Part shown: positions 11,487 to 20,657 of the stretch, in pieces
Layout: each line of letters begins with the position of its first letter
Position numbering within the stretch: position 1 is the stretch's first letter
From: Sulfurimonadaceae bacterium
GTDB taxonomy: Bacteria > Campylobacterota > Campylobacteria > Campylobacterales > Sulfurimonadaceae
Assembly (NCBI GenBank): GCA_963845295.1
Contig: CAWJRP010000018.1
Location: 1,003 to 65,002 of the forward strand
Length of the DNA stretch: 64,000 bases
Direction: 5' to 3'
Notes under the pieces: model-generated
Database searches by the model: none
The model's input: the letters and a program-made list of their open reading frames with translations, nothing else
What the model was told of the DNA's origin: nothing
Program-made: the position numbers and the translations under genes

Positions 11487-12743
11487 CTATTTAGCCTCGT
11501 AGCTGAGTTCGATAGCTTGGGTCGGGAGTGAGCGGATACCGTTTTTATCGACACTCATGATTTCATACAGATAGCCCGTATCGGGTTTGATATCGGCATC
11601 ATGGAAACTTGTCTCGGTAATATTATTAATATCGACACTCTCACGGGTAATCCAGCTTGTTTTCGTCGTTTTTACAATAGTATACGAGACGGTACGCGGA
11701 TCGGTGTTTTTCCACTGTAAGTCTACCGCTTTATTGAGTATCTTCCCTTCATAAGCGATTGGTGTTTGCGGTTTTGAGAGGGTTGAACCTTGTGTAGCGA
11801 CAGAGGATCTGAGACTCTCTAAACCATCTTTATCGACAGCGGTAATTTTATAAAAGTAGAACTTCCCGTCTTCGGTGATGTTGTCGGTAAACGTCGTTGT
11901 TTCGAGCTTGACATGATAATCGAACGAACCGTTCGGCGTAGATGAACGGTAGATGTTGTAGTGACTTAAATCACTAATAGTACTTGGGTCCCATTTCAAC
12001 ATAATTGCATGAGGAAGATCGTTCGTTGAAGTGATATTTCGAATCTCAAGCGGCAACGGTTTAGTGGTTATTTTACTCTCTTCGCTCGGTTCGGTGATCA
12101 GTTTATCAAACGTGGTTGCTTTGATACGGTAGTGATAGACTTGAGAGTCTTTAAGATCATGGTCGATGAATTCGGCATTCAATCGTCCTGATATCGTAGC
12201 AATAGCAACCCATTTTTGATCGGTTGCATCTTGGCGCTCGATCACATATCCGTTAATTTTTCCATTCGGATGGGGACGCCAGAGAAGTTTTGCACTGCGC
12301 GGCATATTTCCGATGGCTTGAAAAAAGCTTATCGGCGCGATCATAGGCTGTGTGGCGACAAGCATCGTTTCACTGGCAACCGATTCGGTTCCGTTTTTAG
12401 TGATGGCAGAAAAACGGTATTGGTATTCGCTTGCGGGTTTGAGGTCGTTGTCGACGAAATGGGTTGCGAAACGGCTATCAATGGTAGCGATGCGTTGTAA
12501 TTTTTGATCTTCTGCACCCGGAGTGTTGCGATAGATATAATAGCCGCTTACCCTGGGGTCTTCGAGCGGTTTCCACTCAAACGCTATTGAGGTGATATCG
12601 GCGATAAAACCGTTCAATGCTGGGGTAGGAAGGGATGAGTCAATCGTGACCGTTTTTTCAGGTACAACAGGCTGAGTAGTACAACCGCTAAATAGACTCA
12701 GTGCTAAAGAGACGCTCAATGCGTAGCGGATCGATGAGTTCAT
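11487..12743 (-). CDS. Fibronectin type III repeat lipoprotein (FlpA-like)
   Basis: Lipobox LFSGC and repeated FN3 units (W...GYYIYR...DxxLKP..Y.Y). Confidence 0.85.
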   Translation of the reverse strand: MNSSIRYALSVSLALSLFSGCTTQPVVPEKTVTIDSSLPTPALNGFIADITSIAFEWKPLEDPRVSGYYIYRNTPGAEDQKLQRIATIDSRFATHFVDNDLKPASEYQYRFSAITKNGTESVASETMLVATQPMIAPISFFQAIGNMPRSAKLLWRPHPNGKINGYVIERQDATDQKWVAIATISGRLNAEFIDHDLKDSQVYHYRIKATTFDKLITEPSEESKITTKPLPLEIRNITSTNDLPHAIMLKWDPSTISDLSHYNIYRSSTPNGSFDYHVKLETTTFTDNITEDGKFYFYKITAVDKDGLESLRSSVATQGSTLSKPQTPIAYEGKILNKAVDLQWKNTDPRTVSYTIVKTTKTSWITRESVDINNITETSFHDADIKPDTGYLYEIMSVDKNGIRSLPTQAIELSYEAK

Positions 12744-13665
12744 GCAATTCCTTTGAATCAAAATGTTTTTGTAAATAATCTTCCACCACTGATCCCAAAG
12801 GAGCGGTAAAATTTACCGTTTCTTTCGTAGTCGGATGGGTGAAATAGAGGTTATAGGCATGAAGCAAGATACGTTCCATTTTATCGCTTTTTGCCGAGGT
12901 TCCGTAGAGATGATCGCCGATAATATGGCGGCTGATTGACTCGAGGTGAACCCGTATTTGATGGGTACGTCCGGTGAAGAGTTTACAAGCAATGAGCTCT
13001 TCGCTTTCATCATGGCTGCTAAGGAGTTTGGCAAACGCCGTTTTGGCGTTTTTACCGTTTTCATTGATCGCCATTTTAAGGCGGTTATGGGCACTCCGAC
13101 CGATAGGACGGTCGATAACGGTAATGTTCTCTTTCATCGCAGGAGTGATTACGGCGAGATAAAAGCGTCCCATCGTTTTATCCTGCAACTGAAGCGAGAG
13201 AGCTTCATGAGCTTCATTATTTTTGGCGATGACCATCGCACCGCTGGTTCCTCGGTCGAGCCGATGGACGATTCCGTGGCGCTCTTCACCACTTAGGGTT
13301 GAGAGGGCAATCCCTTTGTGTTTGAGCCAATCAACAAGGGTCGGCTCTTTAACACTTGGTGCGGGGTGGACGGTGAGGGAACTGGGTTTGTTGATGACGA
13401 GGATATCATCATCTTCAAACAAAATTTCCACGTCGAAATCGATCTGCTGCGCTGGGGTTGATTTTTGTTCAGGAAATCGGATCGTGACGCTTTGGGAGGG
13501 TTTGAGTTTCAACCCTGATTTAGCGGTTGCTTTGCCATCCACGGTGACACAGTTTTGCTCGATGAGCTGTGCGATCTGGTTGCGTGTCTGTCCCAACTGC
13601 TGTGTTAAAAAAACGTCTAAGCGGATAGCTTCATCGGTCGTAAAAGTAGATACTTCTTGTGTCAA
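12688..13665 (-). CDS. rluD: RluA/RluD family pseudouridine synthase
   Basis: S4 domain (RLDVFL), INKPS, GIVHRLDRGTSG and TGRTHQIRVH. Confidence 0.9.
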   Translation of the reverse strand: MTQEVSTFTTDEAIRLDVFLTQQLGQTRNQIAQLIEQNCVTVDGKATAKSGLKLKPSQSVTIRFPEQKSTPAQQIDFDVEILFEDDDILVINKPSSLTVHPAPSVKEPTLVDWLKHKGIALSTLSGEERHGIVHRLDRGTSGAMVIAKNNEAHEALSLQLQDKTMGRFYLAVITPAMKENITVIDRPIGRSAHNRLKMAINENGKNAKTAFAKLLSSHDESEELIACKLFTGRTHQIRVHLESISRHIIGDHLYGTSAKSDKMERILLHAYNLYFTHPTTKETVNFTAPLGSVVEDYLQKHFDSKELHELIDPLRIERLFSTESI

Positions 13666-13754
13666 AATAGGGTGCCTTTTCGTATCGTATCTGAATCGTT
13701 TAAAATGTTATAAGTCCGCTGTGCTACAATTAGCAAAAATAAACAAGGACCGTA

Positions 13755-14864
13755 GTGTTCAATATTGATCGTCGAATTTTAACACACTTTGATTTTATCA
13801 CAGTCATTTTACTGATTCCGCTCATATTCACTTCAGGTTGGCTTATTTATGAGATTCATCCGACCCTCGGTCAAAAGCAGATGTTCTATGTTTTTGTCGG
13901 GTTCGGCGTATTTATAACCCTTTTTCTCCTCCCGATCCGTCGGATGCTATGGATGATTCCGATTACCTATTGGACAAGTATATTGCTGTTAATTGCCGTT
14001 GAGTTTGTCGGACATAGCCGTTTGGGTGCGAAGCGGTGGATTGAGATACCGTTTATCCATTTTACTCTGCAACCCTCGGAACTTCTCAAACCTGCATTTG
14101 TCCTGATGCTCGCCTATATCATCAGTCGTAATCCTCCTCCGAGGGATGGGTATAGGTTCAAGCAGTTTATGAAACTCTCGTTTTATATCCTTATGCCGTT
14201 TTTTCTTATCGCCAAAGAGCCAGATTTGGGGACGGCGACCGTTTTGGTGATGTTGGGATATGGAATTTTATTTATTGTCGGGGTGCATTGGAAAGTATGG
14301 ATTGGCTTGATCGCAACATTTGTGATATCGTTGCCCCTTATTTATTCGCAGATGCATGATTATCAAAAACAGCGTTTGACCGACTTTATCGGTGAAAAAC
14401 CGAGTTACCATGTCGAGCAGTCGATTATCGCCGTCGGTTCGGGGGGATTTTTCGGTAAAAACAAAGAAGACGCAACCCAAACGCAGATGAAATTTCTTCC
14501 TATCGCATCGAGTGACTTTATTTTTGCCTATGTGGTGGAGCGGTTCGGATTTTTCGGGGCATTTTTGCTAATAATGCTGTATGGTGCTTTGATTACCCAT
14601 TTGATGCTGATTGCCTTTTGGACGGAGGATTACTATATCAAAGTGGTCGCAGGGGGGTTATCGCTCCTCTTTTTCATCTATATGGCGATAAACATCGCTA
14701 TGACGATCGGAGTTGCACCCGTCGTAGGGGTTCCTCTGCCGATGTTCAGCTACGGGGGGAGCAGTTTCGTCAACTTTATCGTTATTTTGGCGATTTTGGA
14801 GAATCTTCTGGCGTATCGTTTTCGATATCTTTACGGGGATACGGGTAAAAAAAGCTTCGTCTAA
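13755..14864 (+). CDS. rodA: Rod shape-determining protein RodA (SEDS family)
   Basis: GAKRWI, QPSELLK, EPDLGT, SDFIF and GVPLPMFSYGGSS. Confidence 0.93.
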   Translation: MFNIDRRILTHFDFITVILLIPLIFTSGWLIYEIHPTLGQKQMFYVFVGFGVFITLFLLPIRRMLWMIPITYWTSILLLIAVEFVGHSRLGAKRWIEIPFIHFTLQPSELLKPAFVLMLAYIISRNPPPRDGYRFKQFMKLSFYILMPFFLIAKEPDLGTATVLVMLGYGILFIVGVHWKVWIGLIATFVISLPLIYSQMHDYQKQRLTDFIGEKPSYHVEQSIIAVGSGGFFGKNKEDATQTQMKFLPIASSDFIFAYVVERFGFFGAFLLIMLYGALITHLMLIAFWTEDYYIKVVAGGLSLLFFIYMAINIAMTIGVAPVVGVPLPMFSYGGSSFVNFIVILAILENLLAYRFRYLYGDTGKKSFV

Positions 14865-14898
14865 TCAAAGAGCGTTTATAATGGCGCTCCACAAAAAC

Positions 14899-14974
14899 GG
14901 GTCAATAGTTCAGTGGTTAGAGCCCTCCGCTCATAACGGAGTTGTCGCAGGTTCAAGTCCTGGTTGACCCACCA
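14899..14974 (+). tRNA. tRNA with CAT anticodon (Ile2 or elongator Met; not initiator)
   Basis: Acceptor stem GGGTCAA/TTGACCC, D-arm GTTC/GAGC, anticodon arm CTCCG-CTCATAA-CGGAG, T-loop TTCAAGT and 3' ACCA. Confidence 0.93.
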
Positions 14975-15075
14975 CATCAAAAACACTTCACTAAAACTTT
15001 CATACCTAAATTCAAATACTCTAAACCGTGTTATAATTTTCTTAATACATTGAAAACAAAAAAGAAGGGGACGTT

Positions 15076-15294
15076 ATGACAATACGAGTAAACGACCTTT
15101 ATGCTGAGGAAGCGTTAAAGCTCCTTAGCACTTTGCCCGAAGAAGCGATTACGATAGAGCCGAAGCCGTGGTACGCTGATGAGGTGAAACGCCGCATCGA
15201 AGAGTACAAAAACGGTAAAATGGAGACATATCCTCTCGATCAAGAATTTTGGGATAAGATGGATAAACGTATCGATTCAATGGAGAGACATTGA
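15076..15294 (+). CDS. Addiction-module antitoxin component
   Basis: 72 aa with W..EVKRRIEEYKNGK, typical of putative addiction-module components; its stop overlaps the toxin start. Confidence 0.75.
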   Translation: MTIRVNDLYAEEALKLLSTLPEEAITIEPKPWYADEVKRRIEEYKNGKMETYPLDQEFWDKMDKRIDSMERH

Positions 15295-15566
15295 GGATTA
15301 GACGAAGTGGACGTTTTGAGAGCGAGTTAAGTACGATCATCGATTATATTGCTAAAGATAAAAAGAGCGCCGCAAAATCATTTAATCGTTGCTTGCAGTT
15401 AACTATTGAAACGTTACTCGATCATCCTCACAAAGGGCGACCTACCGAAGACGGCGGACGCGAACTTATCTACAAAGGGTACACTATCCCTTATGTCATC
15501 GATGGAGATGATATAGTCATTATGGGAATTTTTAATCAGAATGAGTGGATGGTGGAAGAGAATTAA
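15291..15566 (+). CDS. ParE/RelE family toxin
   Basis: IIDYIAKDKKSAA...LLDHPHKGR...RELIYKGYTIPYVI. Confidence 0.85.
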   Translation: MRIRRSGRFESELSTIIDYIAKDKKSAAKSFNRCLQLTIETLLDHPHKGRPTEDGGRELIYKGYTIPYVIDGDDIVIMGIFNQNEWMVEEN

Positions 15567-15573
15567 AGATGGG

Positions 15574-15594
15574 AAAAGTAGCCTGTCCCTATTT
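15574..15594 (+). repeat. Short repeat copy 1, AAAAGTAGCCTGTCCCTATTT
   Basis: Reverse complement of 16966..16987 apart from one G in a homopolymer. Confidence 0.8.
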
Positions 15595-15626
15595 TGTCTA
15601 TTTTGTTAAAAAAAAGGTAGTTTATA

Positions 15627-16568
15627 TTGGAAGATACATCAATAAAAGATAAATTTGAACTTATTGAATTTGGGCGTAAATGGATTGTTCCTATAGTTTC
15701 ATCTATGGGATTTCTTTTTTACGTCATACATTTTGGTATGATGAATTACTTCCCTTCTGTAAATGGAACGGAACTCATTAATGTGTTACTTACTGTTGCG
15801 GCAATTGGTTTATTTTATTCCTTGTATTTTAGTGTTTTTTCGGTTATAGCGGGTATATGGCTTTCTTCTTTAAAAAATGAGCACGAAAAACTTCAAGAAA
15901 CTTTATTAGCAGAACCTTTATCTACTTTTATATTACCTGCTTTAATAGTTTTAGTAGGGTTTATTTGTAGGATATATGATTGGATTAATGACTTAAGTAT
16001 GATTGGATTAATTGTAGCGAGCTTGCTTGTTATGACTTCTTTGTTATATCGAACTTATCATAACACAAGCCTTATCGGAGTACATATTTCAATTTCTATA
16101 CTATTTATTGCACAAATTAGTATTGCTTTTCTCCTTATTTTCAATACTAATATAGATCAAAAAAATATGAAAGAAGTAGCAATATTTGGAGCTGTTGTAG
16201 CTAGTTTATTATTTGCATTTGTAAATTACATGCTAGCAAGAAAAAAACTTTATTTAAAAGATTATTTAGCTATTCCAATTATTACCATGTCTATATTTGT
16301 ACTATTTGGAATGGGAAAAAATTTTGTAGATATTCCATTCAAAACTATGGGATATGCAAACTATCGAGCAAATGCTTTTCCTTTAGATGAAGATTATCTT
16401 TCAAAAATTGACTTTAATGTGTCGAAAGGTACTGACTATGTGGTTTTGAATTCTTTGGGAGATGAATATTATTTTACATATATTGACAAAGGTACAAAGA
16501 TAAAAATGGCAAAATGTATTAGTAAAGAAAAAATTCGAATGGAATCATTAGAATCAATAGTTGAATAG
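15627..16568 (+). CDS. Hypothetical multi-TM membrane protein, very AT-rich
   Basis: 313-aa ORF with about 7 hydrophobic segments; markedly more AT-rich than the host genes. Confidence 0.75.
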   Translation: MEDTSIKDKFELIEFGRKWIVPIVSSMGFLFYVIHFGMMNYFPSVNGTELINVLLTVAAIGLFYSLYFSVFSVIAGIWLSSLKNEHEKLQETLLAEPLSTFILPALIVLVGFICRIYDWINDLSMIGLIVASLLVMTSLLYRTYHNTSLIGVHISISILFIAQISIAFLLIFNTNIDQKNMKEVAIFGAVVASLLFAFVNYMLARKKLYLKDYLAIPIITMSIFVLFGMGKNFVDIPFKTMGYANYRANAFPLDEDYLSKIDFNVSKGTDYVVLNSLGDEYYFTYIDKGTKIKMAKCISKEKIRMESLESIVE

Positions 16569-16698
16569 CTGTAAACAGGAATAGTCTACTTTTTTGTAAT
16601 AGTAAGAACTAGTTCTGTAAGCCACTCTAATTTAACAATCTTTTGTCAAGCGGTCATAGATGTCGTGATCGATAAGACGCTGAAAGATAATAAATATT

Positions 16699-16965
16699 TT
16701 ATTGAAAAAGGTTTACTAGCTTTAGGCGCATTTCATCAAATGTTTGAAGCTGACCTACTAATCCCGCCAACCCTTCATCACGTTCCGTCAAATATTTTTT
16801 AGTTTTAAAACTCTCCAACCACATCGTTTGAAAATATTCTTCCGTGCAATAAAGCGGTTCATGTCGCATAATAAGTGTTTTAGTAGTATTTTGGGTAAAT
16901 CGATCATCATTCAGTTCGTAGAATTGAAGCATATCGTAGAGGTCTCGTGATTTGGTTCGTTTGAG
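16699..16965 (-). pseudogene. C-terminal remnant of an AbiEii-like nucleotidyltransferase toxin
   Basis: In-frame extension of the 77-aa ORF gives LKRTKSRDLYD, the AbiEii RxxxRDLYD motif; the N-terminus is replaced by the repeat. Confidence 0.6.
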
Positions 16966-16987
16966 AAATAGGGGACAGGCTACTTTT
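16966..16987 (-). repeat. Short repeat copy 2 (inverted), AAATAGGGGACAGGCTACTTTT
   Basis: Inverted copy of 15574..15594. Confidence 0.8.
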
Positions 16988-17048
16988 TTAAAGAAGGGTC
17001 AGCTATTCAATCTTCATTTCGAGAGAGTAGGGGCGAGTATAGCTATTT

Positions 17049-17660
17049 CTAGGATTTCAATAATCCAGCCAAAATGATCTCTTCCATTTTAGAACAATCT
17101 GCTTCCATGCAATCAATGGATGCAGTGATAAAAGCATCATCGTTTAAAGTATCTGCATAATCAATGTATTCGTACCCGTTGTAGGTTACGATCATGTCAA
17201 AAAATAACCGTAAGGTTCGACCGTTACCCTCATTAAATGGGTGTAGCACGATAAGTTCACACATATAATAGGCTAAGCGTTTCGCAAAGGTTTCTCGTAA
17301 TTTAATGGATTCAAAATCTCGCAGATAATTTTCTGCTACAAGCTGTTTAAAAATATCATGTGAGAAGTTTTCTAAATTCATGTAGGGGCAAAACATACTT
17401 GTCCCCTTAGAAATATTAACGGTACGATAGTCACCTGCCCAAGTGTAGAGTTTTTTAAATAAATGGTGATGAATCGAGGTGAGATAGTTTTTATCGAAAA
17501 TGGTGTTTTCTTCTAAAATAGTATGGAAAAACTCATAGCTTTGTAAAAGAAGCTCTCGCTCTAATTCATGAATCAGTTGAGAGTCGTGTATGTCAAGTTT
17601 GTTGATGGGAATGTCGCTGTCTTGGTAGTAAATATGATCAGAGGGAGGGTAATATTTCAT
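17049..17660 (-). CDS. Fic-domain toxin (class I, VbhT/FicT-like)
   Basis: HPFNEGNGRTLR Fic motif and WAGDYRTVNISKG. Confidence 0.92.
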   Translation of the reverse strand: MKYYPPSDHIYYQDSDIPINKLDIHDSQLIHELERELLLQSYEFFHTILEENTIFDKNYLTSIHHHLFKKLYTWAGDYRTVNISKGTSMFCPYMNLENFSHDIFKQLVAENYLRDFESIKLRETFAKRLAYYMCELIVLHPFNEGNGRTLRLFFDMIVTYNGYEYIDYADTLNDDAFITASIDCMEADCSKMEEIILAGLLKS

Positions 17661-17788
17661 TGATGAGAAAGGATTTTTTTGACTTGATCCTTCACTTCTT
17701 TTTTATCGACAGGTTTATACCCCTCAATCATTTGAGAGACGTTGACTGCTTTAAGTGCTTTTTGTGCTGAAAAGGGAGGCTTGCTCAT
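17657..17788 (-). CDS. Fic antitoxin (VbhA/YhfG-like), 43 aa, absent from the ORF track
   Basis: MSKPPFSAQKALKAVNVSQMIEGYKPVDKKEVKDQVKKILSHQ contains the SxxxEG inhibitory motif; AAGGA SD; ATGA overlap with fic. Confidence 0.85.
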   Translation of the reverse strand: MSKPPFSAQKALKAVNVSQMIEGYKPVDKKEVKDQVKKILSHQ

Positions 17789-17861
17789 AGAACTATCCTT
17801 TTTGGTGACACTGATTATTTATGTATTTTAGCATAGGAGATATATATTTTATTGAAAAAGT

Positions 17862-18356
17862 TTACCGATATTTCTTTGGAAAATAAAATCCGCTCAGTTC
17901 CGTCGAATTAGCCCCGATACTCTTCCAATCATCCTCTCTTAACCGCATTTCCACAACCCCGCAGGTAGGTATGTTCTCGATATCGCCGTTTGAGAGATAA
18001 TTGGCACATTCAGTGAACTCGGGATTGTGCCCGAACACAAAGAGGGTATCAACGCTATCAGATACATCACGAATGATAGAGAGGATTGTTTCGATATCAG
18101 AGGCATAGAGGGCATGATCGTAGCGGATCGAGTCCAATGGGTAGGAGAGGGCTTTGGCAAATGCTATCGCGGTGGTTTTGGCACGCACAGCAGGGCTGGC
18201 AATGATGAGACCCGGGCGGATGCCTTTATCGGCGAGTTTTGATCCCATCAGCGGAGCGTCTTTCATCCCCCGTTTGTTTAGTGGGCGGTCAAAATCACTC
18301 AAGCTCTCATCGCTCCAGTCTGATTTGGCGTGACGGATGAGGTAGAGAGTTTTCAC
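17862..18356 (-). CDS. sixA: Phosphohistidine phosphatase SixA family
   Basis: LIRHAKS, DRPLNKRG, SPAVRA and GHNP. Confidence 0.9.
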   Translation of the reverse strand: MKTLYLIRHAKSDWSDESLSDFDRPLNKRGMKDAPLMGSKLADKGIRPGLIIASPAVRAKTTAIAFAKALSYPLDSIRYDHALYASDIETILSIIRDVSDSVDTLFVFGHNPEFTECANYLSNGDIENIPTCGVVEMRLREDDWKSIGANSTELSGFYFPKKYR

Positions 18357-18366
18357 TGGTTCGCCT

Positions 18367-18732
18367 TTAGAGGGTTAATCCCAACGCTTTTAAGAGAATA
18401 TTTTTCTCTTTTTCCGTGCTGGAGAAGAGGCGGTTGTGGAGATCGTCATCTAAAATGGCGAGATCGTCAAACAGCTCTTCGTCATCTTTTTCGGGGAAAT
18501 ATTTGCTCACTTCGCCCCCTAATGCTTCGAGATATTCATCGGTGTTACTCTCATCAAACAGCCCGATACGCTTGCCGTGTTCGATGGTCGCGATGGTGCG
18601 CAAGAGATAGAGCTTGTCAAGGCGATCTTCGCTTTGGGGGGTATTGATTAACTCATTGATGCGGTTGACTTCGCTGCGGTAGATCTCGGTCGATTCTTTG
18701 ATGTTCTGGAGTTGTTCGGTTGAAAAAGCCAT
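18367..18732 (-). CDS. Hypothetical acidic protein
   Basis: 121-aa ORF with GAGGA SD, co-oriented with sixA. Confidence 0.7.
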   Translation of the reverse strand: MAFSTEQLQNIKESTEIYRSEVNRINELINTPQSEDRLDKLYLLRTIATIEHGKRIGLFDESNTDEYLEALGGEVSKYFPEKDDEELFDDLAILDDDLHNRLFSSTEKEKNILLKALGLTL

Positions 18733-18767
18733 ATAATCCTCTGTTTAATAATATTATGACATTATAG

Positions 18768-18890
18768 TTAAATATCGCAATCCTCTTGTTGCTCTTCATC
18801 CTCTCTCACCTCTTTTGTTCGCCGAGTGACGAATAATGTAAAGAGAATCAAAAGAGAAATTCCGCCGAAAAGCAGTGTAAAATTATCCAT
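18768..18890 (-). CDS. Small single-TM protein (40 aa), absent from the ORF track
   Basis: MDNFTLLFGGISLLILFTLFVTRRTKEVREDEEQQEDCDI; co-oriented with the downstream genes. Confidence 0.5.
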   Translation of the reverse strand: MDNFTLLFGGISLLILFTLFVTRRTKEVREDEEQQEDCDI

Positions 18891-19032
18891 TATCTGTCGC
18901 TTTTTTTGAAGTTTTGACTATATTCAGTAGAGTTAGTATACTTTAAAAAAGTTGTGTTTACTTGAAGTCATGGTGCTTAGTGATTTTAAGATTATTTTCG
19001 TTACTCTACAGTCATAAAATAAAGGAGAAAAG

Positions 19033-20541
19033 ATGGCTGATCCGAATGTTTTAAAACAGCTTCGCACCAGTTTGCACTCTTATTCTCTTTTGTATGTAGA
19101 AGATAATACAGGGCTGAATGCTCAAGCAACGACGCTGTTTAAAAAATTCTTCGATAATGTTGTTTCAGCCTATGACGGTGAAGAGGGATTGACTCTTTTT
19201 AAGATGCACCGTCCCCAAATCGTGATTACTGATATCAATATGCCCAAAATGGACGGATTGCTGATGTCCGAGGCGATACATAAGATCGATCCGGATGTCA
19301 TTATCATCATTACTACCGCACATGATGAACGTGATTTTCTTCATAATTCGATTAAAATCGGGGTTTTTGACTATCTTATCAAACCACTCAAAATTGATGA
19401 TCTGATCGAGACGTTTACACGGTGTTCTGAAACACTTATAGAAGCGTTTCATCGCAGAATTTTTAATGCTAATATAAATGCGGTATTCAATTATCAAAAC
19501 AATCTTGTTTTTTTGTTGCATGAGCGTAATGTGGTGATAGCCAACCAGCCCACACTTGATTTTTTCGATGTACCCAATATTGAAGCTCTTCGGAAAAAGT
19601 TCCAAACATTTGGCGATATTCTCCTCGAGCACAAAAGCTTCGTATATGATCACGGATCGGTGAAATGGTTTGAACATATTTCTGCCCACTCAGGACAGCT
19701 GTTTAATGTCAAAATTGCTGATCAGAATGAGGTTTCACATCACTTTATCCTCACTTTCCAGCGTATTCCGGAAAAAGAGGGATATGCTGTCCTTTCGCTC
19801 AATGACGTGACCGAACTGGGATTGCTCAAACTTTACGACAGCAATGCAACCGAGCGCGAATTGTTAGCTCAAGATGAGAAAATGGTACGGGGATTGTTGG
19901 AGATGGCTATGCGAAGCAGCGCCAAGATAAAAGTCCATAACCTTTACAAAGGGCTTAGTATCGTCAATGACGGTTTAGTGGAGAGCATCGATGGGAAGTT
20001 GGTGAGTATCAAGAGTGCTTATGTTCAGCTCAAAGCGATGCAGCAGGAGAAAATGTTTTATCTCACTTCTGAACTTTTTCCGATGGCGATTTTAGCGGAG
20101 GGGATCAAACGGATCGATTTTGACTCTCAGGATGTCCTTTTTAATCAGTACCGTTTGGTATCGACTTCTCCGACCCGACGAGAATCGATACGGGTTACTC
20201 CGGATGAAAAAATTCAGGTGACAATGTTATACGAAGAGAGACGGTTTGATACCGAATTAGAGATTATGGATATTTCGATAAAGGGGATGAAAATTCAGTT
20301 TCTTTCATTGCCGGCCGGTTTTGAGGCAAAACATTCGGTAATTTTGGATATTGTTATTACTACTGCACTCCGCCCGATTATCATAAATATCCCTGCGGAG
20401 GTGTTTCGGATCGATGAGCTCAATCGTCGTTTTGAAGTTGTTTTTGTTTTTGATCTTCATGGAGAGGGAAAAAAAAGCATAATCGATTACATCGCCAAAC
20501 GGCAAATGGTTTTAATACGCGAGTTTAAAGGGATTCAATAA
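19033..20541 (+). CDS. Response regulator with C-terminal PilZ domain
   Basis: REC (YVED, TDINMPKMDG, KP) and PilZ motifs RRESIR and DISIKG. Confidence 0.85.
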   Translation: MADPNVLKQLRTSLHSYSLLYVEDNTGLNAQATTLFKKFFDNVVSAYDGEEGLTLFKMHRPQIVITDINMPKMDGLLMSEAIHKIDPDVIIIITTAHDERDFLHNSIKIGVFDYLIKPLKIDDLIETFTRCSETLIEAFHRRIFNANINAVFNYQNNLVFLLHERNVVIANQPTLDFFDVPNIEALRKKFQTFGDILLEHKSFVYDHGSVKWFEHISAHSGQLFNVKIADQNEVSHHFILTFQRIPEKEGYAVLSLNDVTELGLLKLYDSNATERELLAQDEKMVRGLLEMAMRSSAKIKVHNLYKGLSIVNDGLVESIDGKLVSIKSAYVQLKAMQQEKMFYLTSELFPMAILAEGIKRIDFDSQDVLFNQYRLVSTSPTRRESIRVTPDEKIQVTMLYEERRFDTELEIMDISIKGMKIQFLSLPAGFEAKHSVILDIVITTALRPIIINIPAEVFRIDELNRRFEVVFVFDLHGEGKKSIIDYIAKRQMVLIREFKGIQ

Positions 20542-20657
20542 GAAAAATGATGTAGAACTTTTTTTAGGATGGTTCGAGAGAGTAGAGGGGGGCTTGGAGC
20601 ATTGTGAGAAACTGTACAGGTATCATGAATAGATAAATTTTAAGGAGAAATGTTGCG

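Noticed and set aside
17018-20585. 13-bp match TTCGAGAGAGTAG at 17018 and 20573, both intergenic
   Set aside because: Only two copies, and 13-mer matches are expected by chance in 64 kb; no shared structure.
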